Part shown: positions 1-11,822 of the stretch, piece by piece
Layout of the letters: every line of letters begins with the position of its first letter
Position numbering within the stretch: position 1 is the stretch's first letter
Program-made: the position numbers and the translations under genes
Assembly (NCBI GenBank): GCA_905178155.1
Contig: CAJINV010000006.1
Span: 1,861,876 to 1,925,875, forward strand
Reading direction: 5' to 3'
DNA: 64,000 nt
From: Amoebophrya sp. A120
Taxonomy: Eukaryota; Protista; Dinoflagellata
Notes under the pieces: model-generated
Told to the model about the DNA's origin: nothing
Databases searched by the model: none
What the model saw: the letters and a program-made list of their open reading frames with translations, nothing else

Positions 1-391
1 ACATTCTTCTACTCTAGGTCAACCGCTCCTCCAGGATAAATTGGTTCGACGGCTCCTGAAATATGTTAAGATCCTTAAACAAGATGACACACCATCAACG
101 ACATGGACGAGCAGTAGCTGATGATTTATTGTCCATTTGATTTCAATCTCAATCTCAATTGATGTCATCACGACGACCACAGGCCTGAAGCTACTTGATA
201 GAAACGGTCTTGACGACGTAGTTGAGGATTATATATATAGTGGCATTAGTCTATTTCTACTTCTAGTTCTACACAATTGCTATTAGTACACGACACGGTG
301 AAGAGGACTACTTACTTTTGCTCTACTAGTGTTCACCGAGCCGTGCTGTCACTTTTTCCTTGAGCAGCAAGAAGTACTAGAATTGATAAGA

Positions 392-3300
392 ATGAAGCGT
401 TCCCGACAGAATGCGGGTCACGACGAGGACCAGGTCTCCTTCGTGAACAACGACACAGCTCCGGCCCAAAACGACGTCGACATGATCGATGTAAATTTCG
501 AGTTATGCTGTGCAAAAGTATCGTACTCGTATAAATGCAGGTCTTGCATTACAAATTTCTTTGTCAAGGCAAATCAGCATTACAAATTTTATTTCTCATG
601 CTGAGGAAATTTGTAATGCATTTATACAAGTATCGGATACTTTTGCAGTTCATACGAGTTCTACGAACCCTTCGAAACCGACTTCCACGGGGTCCGGCTA
701 TGCATTGCAAAAGTATCGTACTCGTATAAATGCATTACAAATTTCCTCAGCATGAGAGATAAAATTTGTAATGCAGATTGAGCTTAAGAAAGGGATTTGT
801 AATGCATGATTGCAATACGAGTACGATACTTTTGCACAGGATACCGGCAGCTTCTGAACAAATCCTTCGAGTTATTACAATGAAAAATGCCCCCTCCCCA
901 TATCAAAAAGAAAATCTGTGATGCAGATTTGTGGTTACAAATCAGCTTGGTGTTGCTAGAAGGCAAAAGATGCGGACTGAAGTGCTGCCTAGCGTGGGAA
1001 GGCCGTGCTGCTCCAGCAGGACAGGAGGCAACTGGAAGTGGGAAACAGCATGACAGATTGCCTGCAATTCAGCCCGCAGCTGCGTCTACTCTTGCTGGCT
1101 TTCTAGCAATACAAGTCGAGTTGTGTACTCAAATACAGCATCACAAATTGCGTTTCCGATATGGGGTGGAGGCTTTTTTCCCTAGGATACGAGTGGTGCA
1201 AGACGGATCCCATTTTCGATTTGACGGAAGTGACGGACGTGTGCTTATCAACTGTAAAAATGTCTAGGTCTGGAAGATTGCCAGGTCTGTCATGCATATT
1301 TTGAATGACCCATGATGTCTGTGATGCATGCCCTAGCATCACAGATTTTTAGAGGACCTTTTGATGCCTCTACCGGATGAGAAACGCCCACTCCGCGTAG
1401 CACAAACTGAACTCCTCTTGCTGGTCATGCAATACAGATTTTTTTACCTTCCAAAGACAGCATCACAAGTTGCAACCTTCCAGACCCAGACATTTTTGCA
1501 TTCGATAATGCTGCAACCAGGGCAACATCGGAACGGTGTTGAAGACTACGGATCAACTATCAAACGAAAAAAGTTCGTCACGATCACGCGTGCGCACTTT
1601 TGCAATACAAAATTTTCTGGCATGCGTAAAAATGCATCACAGGCAAACTTCATAAGGGATTTCCCTAGACGAGTTTCTGCAAAGGACGGAAAAGCTCAAG
1701 CTGTGATGCTAAAAGAATTTGTAGTGCAAGTTCGTGACTGCGGCAAACTTTTTTCTCTCCATATCAACAGGCGGGCGCTGGCGAACAACAGATACAAGGT
1801 GGCGGCAAAACTGCTTCTGGCGAGCAAAACAACAATCTTTCCTCTTCCGCCGGCGCGGCCGCGGCTGGCGCGGCCGGGGGCAGGGGAGCAACGACCACGA
1901 CGCCACAGGAAACGGGTTTATTCGGCATCACGACTGCAGTGAATCTGAAGCAGTACAAGTCCTCATTCACCTATCAAACAAGAAAAAGTTCGTCGCGATC
2001 ACTCGCCATTTTTTGCAATATTACAAACAGGAAAAGCGCTGTCATGCGGAAAAATGCATCTTCACAGTGAAATGACTTCGTGACGGATTTCATCTCTTGC
2101 GTTTGTGCAAAAATACAAGAAAAATAACGACTTGTGAAGTAGATGCCAGAAAAAAATTTCTCATGCAAAACCTGCAGTTCAGTGATCGTATGACGAACTT
2201 TTCTCACTCCATATCACCTCCAGTTTTCCCAGTATGAAGCGGTTCATGAAGAGCCACCTCGTGGCGAAGGGAGAAGAGGTATGCATTGCAAGCATGTCTG
2301 GGTCTGGAAGATGAATGCAAGTTTGTCATGCTTGTCCCGCATGTTGCCTTTTAATAAATCGGTAATGCAGGAGCAGGAAAAAAAACCTATCGGTATTGCC
2401 TGTCATGCAAAAATGCAGTTTGCTATACGGACGAAAGCGAAACTACTCCTAAATAAAAGCTCCAAAACTTGACATGCCCATGCGTAGATGCGTAGTGCAG
2501 GAGCGTGCCCTCCGCTCACAAACTAAGTCGCATCACTTTTTTCCAGAGGACCCACACATATTTGCAGTGGATAGGAGATGGTGCTGCGAGAGCCGCAAGA
2601 GAGTACTACCAGCGAGCGGACTGTCAAAGTTGAAGACCTGTTTGAGAAATTCAACACTGGATTATCCTTTGCAAAAGTATCGTACTCGTAGTAAAAATTG
2701 CAGCCATGCATTACAAATCTTTTTATCAAGGCAAAGCCGCATTACAAATTCGATTTCTCATGCTAAGGAAATTTGTATTGCAATTTATACAACAAGTATC
2801 GGATACTTTTGCACAGGACATGGATTTTTGATCAACGAAAGGCTAATCAACCTCCCGGAGGAAGTCGCCCCGCCGCTACACTCGGTACTGATTACAACAA
2901 CTGTTGTTTGTGATGCATGATAAGCTAGATCTGTGATGCTGCTGAACTACCTAAACAGGATTTTTACACTACGCGGGCAAACTTGTCATGCGAAACAACC
3001 AAAACTGGCTGATTTGTCTAGCAGATGTCCCATCATGACGATATTATTACTAACATCAGCACCTGGAGACCGCCATCCATTGGTCGCAGACGACGCCGGA
3101 GTGCCCGGAAGACGAGCGGCCCTTTTTATGCATTGCAAAAGTATCGTACAACTCGTAGTAAAATCGCAATTCTGCATGACAAATCCCTTTCTCAAGGTAA
3201 ATCAGCATGAGAAATTCCGTTTGTAATGCTGAGCGAATTTGTAATGCGATTACTACTAGTTCTAGTACGATGCTTTTGCATTTGATACTTTTACTTTTTC

Positions 3301-4285
3301 GACTATTTTCTCGGCATCGCCAAGGCGTTCAAGGATTCCTACGGCACGGTTTATCCTGATTAAAAAAGTCCCCACACCAGAGTCAAGATGGGGATTTTGC
3401 AACACAAACCTAGGAGTTTTAGGAGTCACGCATGACAAGTCTCAGTCCGTAAGGTAGTGCAAGTTAGCAAGGAAAGCCGCATCACAAATCGACCTTCTGA
3501 TCCGGTTTACAGCATCACAAATTCCAAAACACGATTGGAAATGGCTCTCATGGTGATGCGCATTACAAGTCTTCCTGTCTTTGCAAATCTGCATTACAAC
3601 TCTGGTGTGGGTACGTTTTTACCCAGGATACAGTTTATCCAAACTTCGAAGAGGAAGAGTATGTCAAAAACAGCTGCTTCCACAAGGAAATCGCCATTGG
3701 GCAGCTGGTGATATCAAATGCAAAAGTGTCTGGGTCTGGAAACTTGTGATGCTGGGTGGCGTCTCATGATGAGGCCACAAATGCTGGCTCAGCATGACAA
3801 GTTTCTGAGCTTCTAGGTGTTGCCTATTCTGCATGACAAACTGCGTTCCTGCATCACAGAAAAATGGAGCTCTTGTGTAACGTGCATGACAGATTTCAGA
3901 GTCATGCCAGACAAGCATGACAAACATGCATTCTTCCAGACCCAGACATTTTTGCACAGGATAGGTGATGCAGCAAAACAATTCATCTTCTCGGGGGACA
4001 TCTTATGCACTGCAAAAGTATCTTAATCGTATAAATGCTAAAATGCATTACAAATTTCCTCAGCATGTTGATGAGAAATGAAATTTGTAATGCTGATTTA
4101 CCTTTAAGAAAAAGATTTGCAATGCAGGATCGCACAAATTATACGAGTGCGATGTTTTTGCAGTGCATACAACTGCGGGCCCCGACGCGACAACCGTGAA
4201 GGAGAACGAGTACCGGGTGGTGTATTTGGTCAGCAACAAGACGTTTATGGAGAAAATTATGCCCCTTTTTCGGGAAGAGAAATGA
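392..4285 (+). CDS. BCP1: BCP1/BCCIP-family protein, 14 exons (12 introner introns plus one GT-AG intron at 2885-3059)
   Basis: Manual splicing gives MKRSRQ...IDVNFEFYEPFETDFHGVRQLLNKSF...DLTEVTDVCCNQGNIGTVLK...GLFGITTAVNLKQYK...TGFLINERLINLPEEVAPPLHSHLETAIHW...YFFDYFL...YPNFEEEEY...YRVVYLVSNKTFMEKIMPLFREEK*. Motif order matches BCP1/BCCIP, notably GxxxxERxxNxP. Confidence 0.88.
504..654. mobile_element. Introner, family B (inner TIR gcaaaagtatcgtactcgta)
   Basis: TAT..ATA, DR cgagt/cgagt. Confidence 0.9.
699..843. mobile_element. Introner, family B (opposite orientation to 504-654)
   Basis: DR ccggc/ccggc. Confidence 0.9.
873..1189. mobile_element. Introner, family C (inner TIR gaaaaatccccctccccatat)
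   Basis: DR cgagt/cgagt. Confidence 0.9.
1246..1507. mobile_element. Introner, family A (inner TIR aaaaatgtctgggtctggaa)
   Basis: DR gtgct/atgct. Confidence 0.9.
1558..1763. mobile_element. Introner, family D (inner TIR aaaaagttcgtcacgatcac)
   Basis: DR tcaac/tcaac. Confidence 0.88.
1972..2213. mobile_element. Introner, family D
   Basis: DR tcacc/tcacc. Confidence 0.9.
2280..2573. mobile_element. Introner, family A (diverged; also readable as GT-AG)
   Basis: DR agagg/ggaga. Confidence 0.82.
2663..2820. mobile_element. Introner, family B
   Basis: DR tggat/tggat; ends ACA. Confidence 0.88.
2885..3059 (+). other. GT-AG intron derived from a decayed family E introner
   Basis: gtactg...catcag keeps the BCP1 frame. 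Interior resembles 8124-8250, but both TIRs are gone. Confidence 0.7.
3127..3287. mobile_element. Introner, family B
   Basis: DR ctttt/ctttt. Confidence 0.9.
3352..3630. mobile_element. Introner, family E (inner TIR aaaaacgtccccac)
   Basis: DR cggtt/cagtt. Confidence 0.9.
3712..3963. mobile_element. Introner, family A
   Basis: DR ggtga/ggtga. Confidence 0.9.
4004..4169. mobile_element. Introner, family B
   Basis: DR catct/caact. Confidence 0.88.
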
Positions 4286-4788
4286 GTTTGGGCCGGTAGT
4301 GCAGCGAGTAGGAGTACCTCCCGAGGACGAAGATCAGTTCTCGTCATGCAGTTCTTGTCCATGTCATCTATGCAGACACAGAGTCATAGAAAGACAAACA
4401 GGTTTAGGTTTTCGACGGTGCAATATAGACGCCGCTGTTAAAAGAGCAGGGCTGCTTGTTGGAGGGGATCCTCTGGGTCTTGATTTGCACCAGCTGCAGA
4501 GGGTGCAGGCAATAGAAAAAGAAGCATGTATTCAACGAAAGCCAGCACGATTTGCTTTCTTGCACCTCCATAGATGTTGAGGAACAAGGCTCTTTATCAC
4601 TTCTGCCTAGTCCTTGTACAAAATCAAAACTCGAAAGAGGGCTACACGGAAATAAGTAAATGACAAGCGTCTAATATGCTGTGACCACAGCGGCCATTAT
4701 GCTTCGTGAAGAGGAGCTCCGCTGTTCAGTGAACAAAAGCAACAGCAGACAGTATTTCGCTTCCGACGTGTAGAAAGTTGCGGAAAAA

Positions 4789-5095
4789 TATGGGAGTGTC
4801 AGGATCGAAATCGTCAGAGTTGAAATAATTTGCGATGCATAAAACGGATACCAGTAGGCGCCTAGTTTTCAAGTGGCGCATAACAAATCTTGGTGGTGCC
4901 TAACTCCAGTTTGTAATGCTGTTTGGGTAAGGAAGACGCCTTTTGTCATGCTACTGTAGCAGCTCTATTTTTACCCCTCAACAGGCTTACAATCTGCCTC
5001 CCTTGCGTACTCTGCAAGATAGGCACTCTGTGGGTTGCATTTTATGCATCACAAACTATTTCAACTTTGACGATTTCAGTCCTGACGCTTCCATA
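4789..5095. mobile_element. Introner-like element, family G (inner TIR gtgtcaggatcgaaatcg), outside any clear CDS
   Basis: DR aaaaa/aaaaa. Confidence 0.85.
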
Positions 5096-5154
5096 AAAAA
5101 GCCAATACTTAATACTTATGGCTAGCGTTTTCTTTCTCGGTTCCAAAGAAGTCC

Positions 5155-5207
5155 TCTGCTCGGCTTGAACATCCTCGTGGACCACGAGGATGTTCAAGCC
5201 GAGCAGA
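5155..5207. repeat. Perfect palindrome (26-bp arms, 1-nt spacer)
   Basis: tctgctcggcttgaacatcctcgtgg-a-ccacgaggatgttcaagccgagcaga. Confidence 0.95.
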
Positions 5208-5270
5208 CGTCGTGGTGAAAAAATATAAAATACTTAAAAATGGTGTGCTTCGTCATAAGTACTTAATTAA

Positions 5271-8200
5271 ATGGAGGTAATTCAGCACCACCAGCCCCTC
5301 GGTTCTTCTAAATCTAAAAAGTGCATTCGGTTTCTGATTCTGGCAGCTGGGCTTCAGATTTTGGAGGCACGAGAATTTTGGAGGTTGGGCCGATAATTTT
5401 GGAGGTTGGGAATTTGAAAAAAACCCAGCGCTACTACAACAACGGCACCGTGTACACGGACGAGGACTGGCTCTACGTGTACGGGGTGTTCTTCTCCGTG
5501 TGCTGCGCGATTTTTTTCGGTATCAAATGTAAAAATGTCTGGGTCGGGAAGATTCTGAGATTTGTCATGCATATTTTCCATGACCCAGGATGTCAGTCTG
5601 TGATGCATGCCGTAGCATCACAGATTTTTAGAGCGCTTCCTCATGCCTATTCCGCATGACAAATGCCATCTCCGCGGAGCACAAAATCTACTCCTCTTAC
5701 TGGTCATGCAATACAAATCTTTTTCGAATCCAGAGACAGCATCACAAGTTTAGATGCTTCCAGACCCAGACATTTTTACATTTGATATTCGGGCTGCTGT
5801 GCCGCCGGGCCGCGGAGCCGCTCGGCTGGTGGCTGGCGATCGGGAACAATTTGTGTTACCTATCAAAAGGAAAAATCCCCCTCCCCATATTGAAATGGAA
5901 ACTTCTGTTGCTGGATTTGTGTACACAAATCAGGTTTTTCTTGCTGGAGAGGCCTGCAGAGGACACATATCAAGTCTGAGTAGACAGTCTTTGGCCTAGG
6001 CGCTTAGCATGGCAGGCGTCTACGCTGTAGGAGCAAGAGCACGACAAACCGCCTGTAGAATGCGGCGGTTGTCTGTGGGGTTGCCTTCATGCAACACAGA
6101 GGCCATTTGTGGTCACAAATCAGCAACACAAATTTTCGAAAACGTACCTGGTCAATATGGGGAGGGGGGACTTTTCCTCACAACATTACCGGATGTGGAG
6201 CAACGGTGGGGAGGAGTGGATGACTGCGTTTTTCAAGCGCAACTCGTTTCTGAAGAAGAATGTGGCGAAGTTCGATTTTGGCGGCGAGAAAAATACGGAG
6301 GACAACGAGCACCTGTTGCACATGCTGCAGTTCAGTATCTTCTACGCGGCGTGCTTCCTCGGGTGGCATTATTTGATTCCCTGGGGCGGAGCTGGGTCTG
6401 GGCGCGCGCGGTTCTTTATCAAATGCAAAAAGGTCTGGGTCTGGAAGAATGCAGCTTGTGATGCTGCATTTGGATTCCAAAAAAATCTGTATTGCATGAG
6501 CAGCAAAGGGAGCGCATTTTTTGCTACGCGGTAGTAGGGGCATTTGTCATGCCAAATAGGCATCAAGAAGCCCTCAAAAAAGGCGTGATGCTAGAGCATG
6601 CATCACAGACATCATGGCTCATGCAACACGTGCATGACAAGTCTCAGAATCTTGCAGACCCAGACATGTTTACAGTTCATATTCTTCCGGTCCAAGCGAT
6701 CGGTGCAGCAGGAGGAGATGCTGGTCACGCTGGAAAACGCCGTGGAGAATATCAAATGCAAAAATGTCTGGGTCTGGAAGATTGCGAGATTTGTCATGCT
6801 GATCTGGCATGGCCCATAAATCTGTATTGCGTGGCCACAAACAGCCTCTCTCGCCTGTCGTGCAAAAACGCAGTTTCTCATGCGGAATATGCAGCACAGA
6901 AGCACGAAGCAACTTGTCATGCTTGGCGGCGCATTACAGTGCATTTCTTATTGACTGACTTGCATCACAAGTTTCCAGGCCCAGACATTTTTGCATTCGA
7001 CAGAGAACGAGGTGATGCGAAGATACGGGCTGAGGGAAGAGGAAAATTTTCAGCAAGACGGTGGAAGTCACACGTTACCCGGCGTGGACGAGCGGCTGTC
7101 CGGGACGCGAAATGCGGTCGACGCGTGTTGCGCGAAAGAAAGGCTGAACAGCACCTCTTGCACATCAGAGGAGAACGACAGCAGTACTACAGCAACCCTT
7201 GGTGGACCACTCGCAACGAAATGCACGGCGAGCGTGTTCGGAGCTCCTGGTGCCACGTCGTCCTCCACAGAAGACGGGTCGTTTGGCGATACCTGGTTCC
7301 AGCAACAGCTCGAGAAACATATGGGTTGTAAAAATGTCTGGGTCTGGAAACTTGTGATGCAAGGAAGAGAATAGTGCGCTCACTGTAATGCGCCGCCAAG
7401 CATGACAAGTTTTTTTCATGGTTCTGAGGTGCGTATTCCGCATGAGAAACTGCGTTTTTGCAACACAGGGAGGAGGAGCTCTTTGCGGCCACGCAACACA
7501 GAGTACAGAGTCATGCCAGATTAGCATGACAAGTCTCGCAATCTTCCAGACCCAGACACTTTTACATTTGATAAAACAGCGCCACCAGCGAATGCTGGAT
7601 GAGGAGTCGGAGGACGAAGAAGTCAGTATCAAAAGGAAAAATCCCCCCTCCCCATATCAAAACGGAAATCTGTGGTGCAGATTTGTGGTCACAAATCAGG
7701 TCTGTCTTGCAGTAGAGGACTGCAGGCCCATGACAAAAGTCCATGCTGTAGGCCCAACAGCATCACAAACCGCCGGTATAATGCGGGGGGCCTTGTGGGT
7801 TTGCCTTCTTGCGAGACAGACGCGATTTGTGGCCACAAATCAGCATCACAAACTTCCGAAAGTATACCTTTTCGGTATGGGGAGGGGGGATTTTTCCTTG
7901 TGATAGTCAGCAGTGCGGAAGGGTCTGAAAAGGGTGATGATGCTGAACAAGATAATATGAGTCCCTGCAAGCGTGTATCATTTGTAAAAGAAACGTCACC
8001 ACCCCATAGTTGTAATGCAATTCTGCATGTTGAAGATGTTTCTGATGCGGAGCCCCATGTTGAGAGGCAGTTTGTAGTCGGGTTTCGGAATTTGTCATGC
8101 TCCAAATCCAATCAGCATGATGCGCTAGATTTGTGATGCTGGTGAACTAGGTATTAAACAGGATTACTTACCCTACGAGGCCAGACTTGTCTTCATGCGC

Positions 8201-8972
8201 AACAACCAAGGCTTATGGATTTGTCTAGCAAATTTCCCACCTTGATGACTGTGGGGTGGGGACGTTTTTACACGGGATAGCGTGATCGCAGCCCCAAGCA
8301 GAGTCCCTCGCGAAGGAGAAACCAGACGGGGAACAGTATCAAAAGGAAAAATCCCCCCACCCCATATCAAAACGAAGTTTGTGATGCTGGATTTGCGTAC
8401 ACAAATCAGCTTTGTATTGCAGGAGGGCATTGCGGCCAGATCCCCAGGCTAGGTAGGGGCGTACGGGTCTAGGTGCTCAGCATAGCAAACGGCTCCCCTT
8501 TAGAGGGCCCATCAGCATGACAAATCGCTTCCAGAATGGGGCGGAAGCTTCTGCCCTTGTCTTCTTGCAAGACAAATGTGATTTGTGGCCTCAAATCAGC
8601 AACGCAAATTTTCGGAAGCATACCTTTTCGATATGGGGAGGGGGATCTTTCCTCTCAATAGGCAGCAGCTCGCTCAGTCCTCCGGTGGAAAAGGGTAGAG
8701 GCAGAAACCACAAGGAAGCGGATCAGGTGCAGACTGCTTCTTCCGCCGACTACCCAGTTTTGGAATGGAAGCACATTCTGCAGGATATCAAGGAGGGCAA
8801 CGGTTACTACGACCCGGCTACGGGCGGAGGGAATTCCGGGTCGGGAAAGAATCAAAAAATCGCCGGTGGTGCTGGTGCCGAGGTGGAGATGATTGAGGAA
8901 CAATTTTTCGCCGCGGGGAATGATAGTCATAGCAGTGTAATGAATGCGGACGAGGATGAGGAGATCGATTGA
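5271..8972 (+). CDS. Hypothetical protein with two or three N-terminal hydrophobic segments and a low-complexity acidic C-terminus; 1 GT-AG intron (5277-5428) plus 8 introners
   Basis: Spliced frame MERYYNNGTVYTDEDWLYVYGVFFSVCCAIFFGLLCRR...HMLQFSIFYAACFLGWHYLIPW...MNADEDEEID* stays open across all junctions. The start codon is inferred. Confidence 0.7.
5521..5787. mobile_element. Introner, family A
   Basis: DR ttcgg/ttcgg. Confidence 0.9.
5861..6185. mobile_element. Introner, family C
   Basis: DR ttacc/ttacc. Confidence 0.88.
6417..6681. mobile_element. Introner, family A
   Basis: DR ttctt/ttctt. Confidence 0.9.
6750..7002. mobile_element. Introner, family A
   Basis: DR gagaa/gagaa. Confidence 0.9.
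7320..7573. mobile_element. Introner, family A
   Basis: DR aaaca/aaaca. Confidence 0.9.
7627..7905. mobile_element. Introner, family C
   Basis: DR gtcag/gtcag. Confidence 0.9.
7976..8279. mobile_element. Introner, family E
   Basis: DR gcgtg/gcgtg. Confidence 0.88.
8337..8660. mobile_element. Introner, family C
   Basis: DR aacag/ggcag. Confidence 0.88.
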
Positions 8973-11822
8973 CCGACTTCTGCTTACCCGGTGCTAGTAG
9001 CACTTCCTATGCTATACCAGAGCACCTATCTAGGATAACATTGGGGGATAGGAAATCAGACCGAAGATTTATTGAGCCAGGAGATTTCTGGCATTCGAAC
9101 TGTGCAAAAAAAAAAAAAAACATGAGCTGTCGAAGAATATTACGCGAATCTAGGTGGAGGTGGAGCAGAGTCTTATTTGCAGCTACCCTTTTGATTTGTG
9201 AATTACTCCGATCATGATAGGACGCTTTCCAACCACTGCTCTTATTTGGCTATTGAACTTGGGTTTTTATCGCGACTGAAGAAAATTTTTCACGATATTA
9301 ATAACAGCGACAGATACAGCTTACAACCGAGACTGACGACGGGAGTATAAAACCTTTACGTACTCTTCAGAAGAACTGCACTCAATTTTTCAAAAAACAA
9401 AGAACTCGACTGATTGCTCATTTCTGATTCCTTGCCACGATTTATCGGGCAACAACTGCGCAAATGGTGATGTTGACGAAAAAACTCGGGTTACTTAATG
9501 CGACGTAAGTAGCAACGCAAAGATTTGTTTGCATTTTCCAAAGATTTCTGGTACTACACAGTTTTACAGATACAGGTCTACTTGTTGCGAAATTTTCATC
9601 AGACCAGGATCGATTGAGCTTATTTGTTTGAAAAACTGCAGAAACTGAATCTGAAACGCGAGCGTGTTTGTCACGACAAAATGATAACGAGCAAAGGCAC
9701 TGCTTCTTCCTGCACTGTACACCGGGCACCCATTATCTAGCTGTAGAAAAAAAGCTTCTCGTAGAGGGCGGTTCCGTGTGCTAAGTATTTGATCGTTTTT
9801 CTTGGCAAAAGCTGGCCTCATGTCAACATGTCATTTCGGTTGCGGAGACCAATCTCGAGGCCTGCTCGCACAACATGCCCATCGGTTTTTTTGGAAATCA
9901 AGTTTATCTTTGTTGCGTCGGTCTATTGCTGCATCGTGTGATACCATGCCCATTAGTAGCCACTCGGTCGTCTTTAACAAGTGACGAATCTTTTCGGTTT
10001 TACTGCGTTCTCTCCGACAGTGCGGATGAAGATGCCTACATCGGTGGTCACAAGGTCCAAACAAATGTCGGTCTGGGCTTGCTTCTAGGATGATTGACGA
10101 CGCATCATGTCTGCTTCGTTGCCTTCTTTCCAGCGGACGAGTACCCCGGTCCTGCAGCGCGTCATCGGTCCTCTCGTGCGTCGAAAATAATGTACTACTT
10201 GAGTCGTACACAAATGAAGAAACCAATCTTCGGTAGTTCTTGTTGACTGTGCCTTGCAACTTTGATTCTCGATGTGGAGCAACGAACAGTCGATATTTTA
10301 AACCCCTGACCATCGTTTTCTTCATCGCAGCAGCAGACGGACACGCGGGGTCGGTTGCTTTCGTTTATTTCCCCTGGCGAGTCGGTGAGTTAGTACTATC
10401 GTGCTCGGCCATTTGGATTTTCGTGCGAGACTAATGCATCGTGCACTTCTCTTGGTTGAAATGCAAGTGAAAGCATCGGAGCCATGTGTTAAGCTAGAAC
10501 ACTTTGATGGACGTACAAAAGCCTTCTGCTTATTTAACTCCAGTTTAAAAATGGATAGCTCATCTGCTTGCGATTTTCAAACACAAACAGCAGCGGATTT
10601 TTCCCCCAAATCTCAACGACTTTTGCTCCCCCAACTAACGAAACACAACCTAACGACGAATCTGAGAAACCAACGGAATCAAGCATAAACCAAGTAAAGG
10701 GCTCTAAGGTGTGCGAAATTTGTTGTTTTTCTCGAAAATTATACTTTACGCTTTATTAAACAGTCAAGGTCAACAAGTTCAAGTTCAAGAATAAACTCGA
10801 CTGAGTACTTCTAGTACTTACAGCGAGAGACTACAACTCGGAAGAAAAAGCAAGCTGCTCGAAGTAAAAATATAATTGGTTCCGACGACGTACAGGAACC
10901 GAGAAGAAAGGAACCGAGAAGCAGATCTGCAGCACGCGACAGCAGAAGCAGAGTCAGTCCCGCGGTTTCACGACCCTGGACGAGAAGACGAAGACCACTA
11001 TGTCGGCCACGAAGAATACCACGCCGCACAGCATGGACACTCTGGGTAAGTCTTCCATTTTGCTGGTTTTCGGTCGTCTTGTTTCTCGCCCCCGACCACC
11101 CCCAGGTCGGTGGAAACAGAGCAGCTTCATAACTCTCCTCGTTTTGCTTTCGAGGTGGACCTTCGTCCAGGTCCACCCGAATCAAAGAACTCGGTCGCGA
11201 TTAGCAAGACAAATAAGTGGATCGATTCCGAAGACCCCACTTCGGCCGTAGATCGGCACTAGCGTCGCAAATTGGCCGACGGATCAACCTGAAGATCAAA
11301 GCACCAGTACGATCGAAGGTTCCGGCAATCTCTTCGCCATAAATTTGCGGCTCTGATTTTAGCTCGTAAAATAGCCTCAGACTACTCTCTCTGCCGCCCA
11401 CCAAATTTTGGGCGCGATCACGAACAAGGGAAAGGGGAGAAGCATCAGTAAGTAGCCCAAATTTCGAGGCGGCAAAAAGTTGCAGAACGCCCACAAGCAT
11501 GCGAAGCCCATGCCTTGTCTGTCAACTTTCGCCCCAGGTGCACCGGCTTCTCCACGGGAAACTATCAGGGCTCGCATGCTTTTCGCTTAACAAGTTCTAG
11601 ATTGCTAACTTTAAAACCCTTACACCGGATATCGTTATGGCTTTATATTGGAAAGGCAAGAAAACATAACGTACACACGACACGCACCGGAGTGCATTAC
11701 AAAGTGAGCACTACTCTGATTCCTAGTGGTGTGCCGATTCGTCTTTGCTTTTCTTTTGCGTCGCTTGTCTTTAGGGGCCGTTGGGGTACCTACGCTTGAA
11801 AGAAACTAATCGACAAAATCAG

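Noticed and set aside
9000-11800. Possible gene or retroelement remnant (short ORFs, purine-rich stretch 10830-11000)
   Set aside because: No long ORF, recognisable domain or introner-supported frame.
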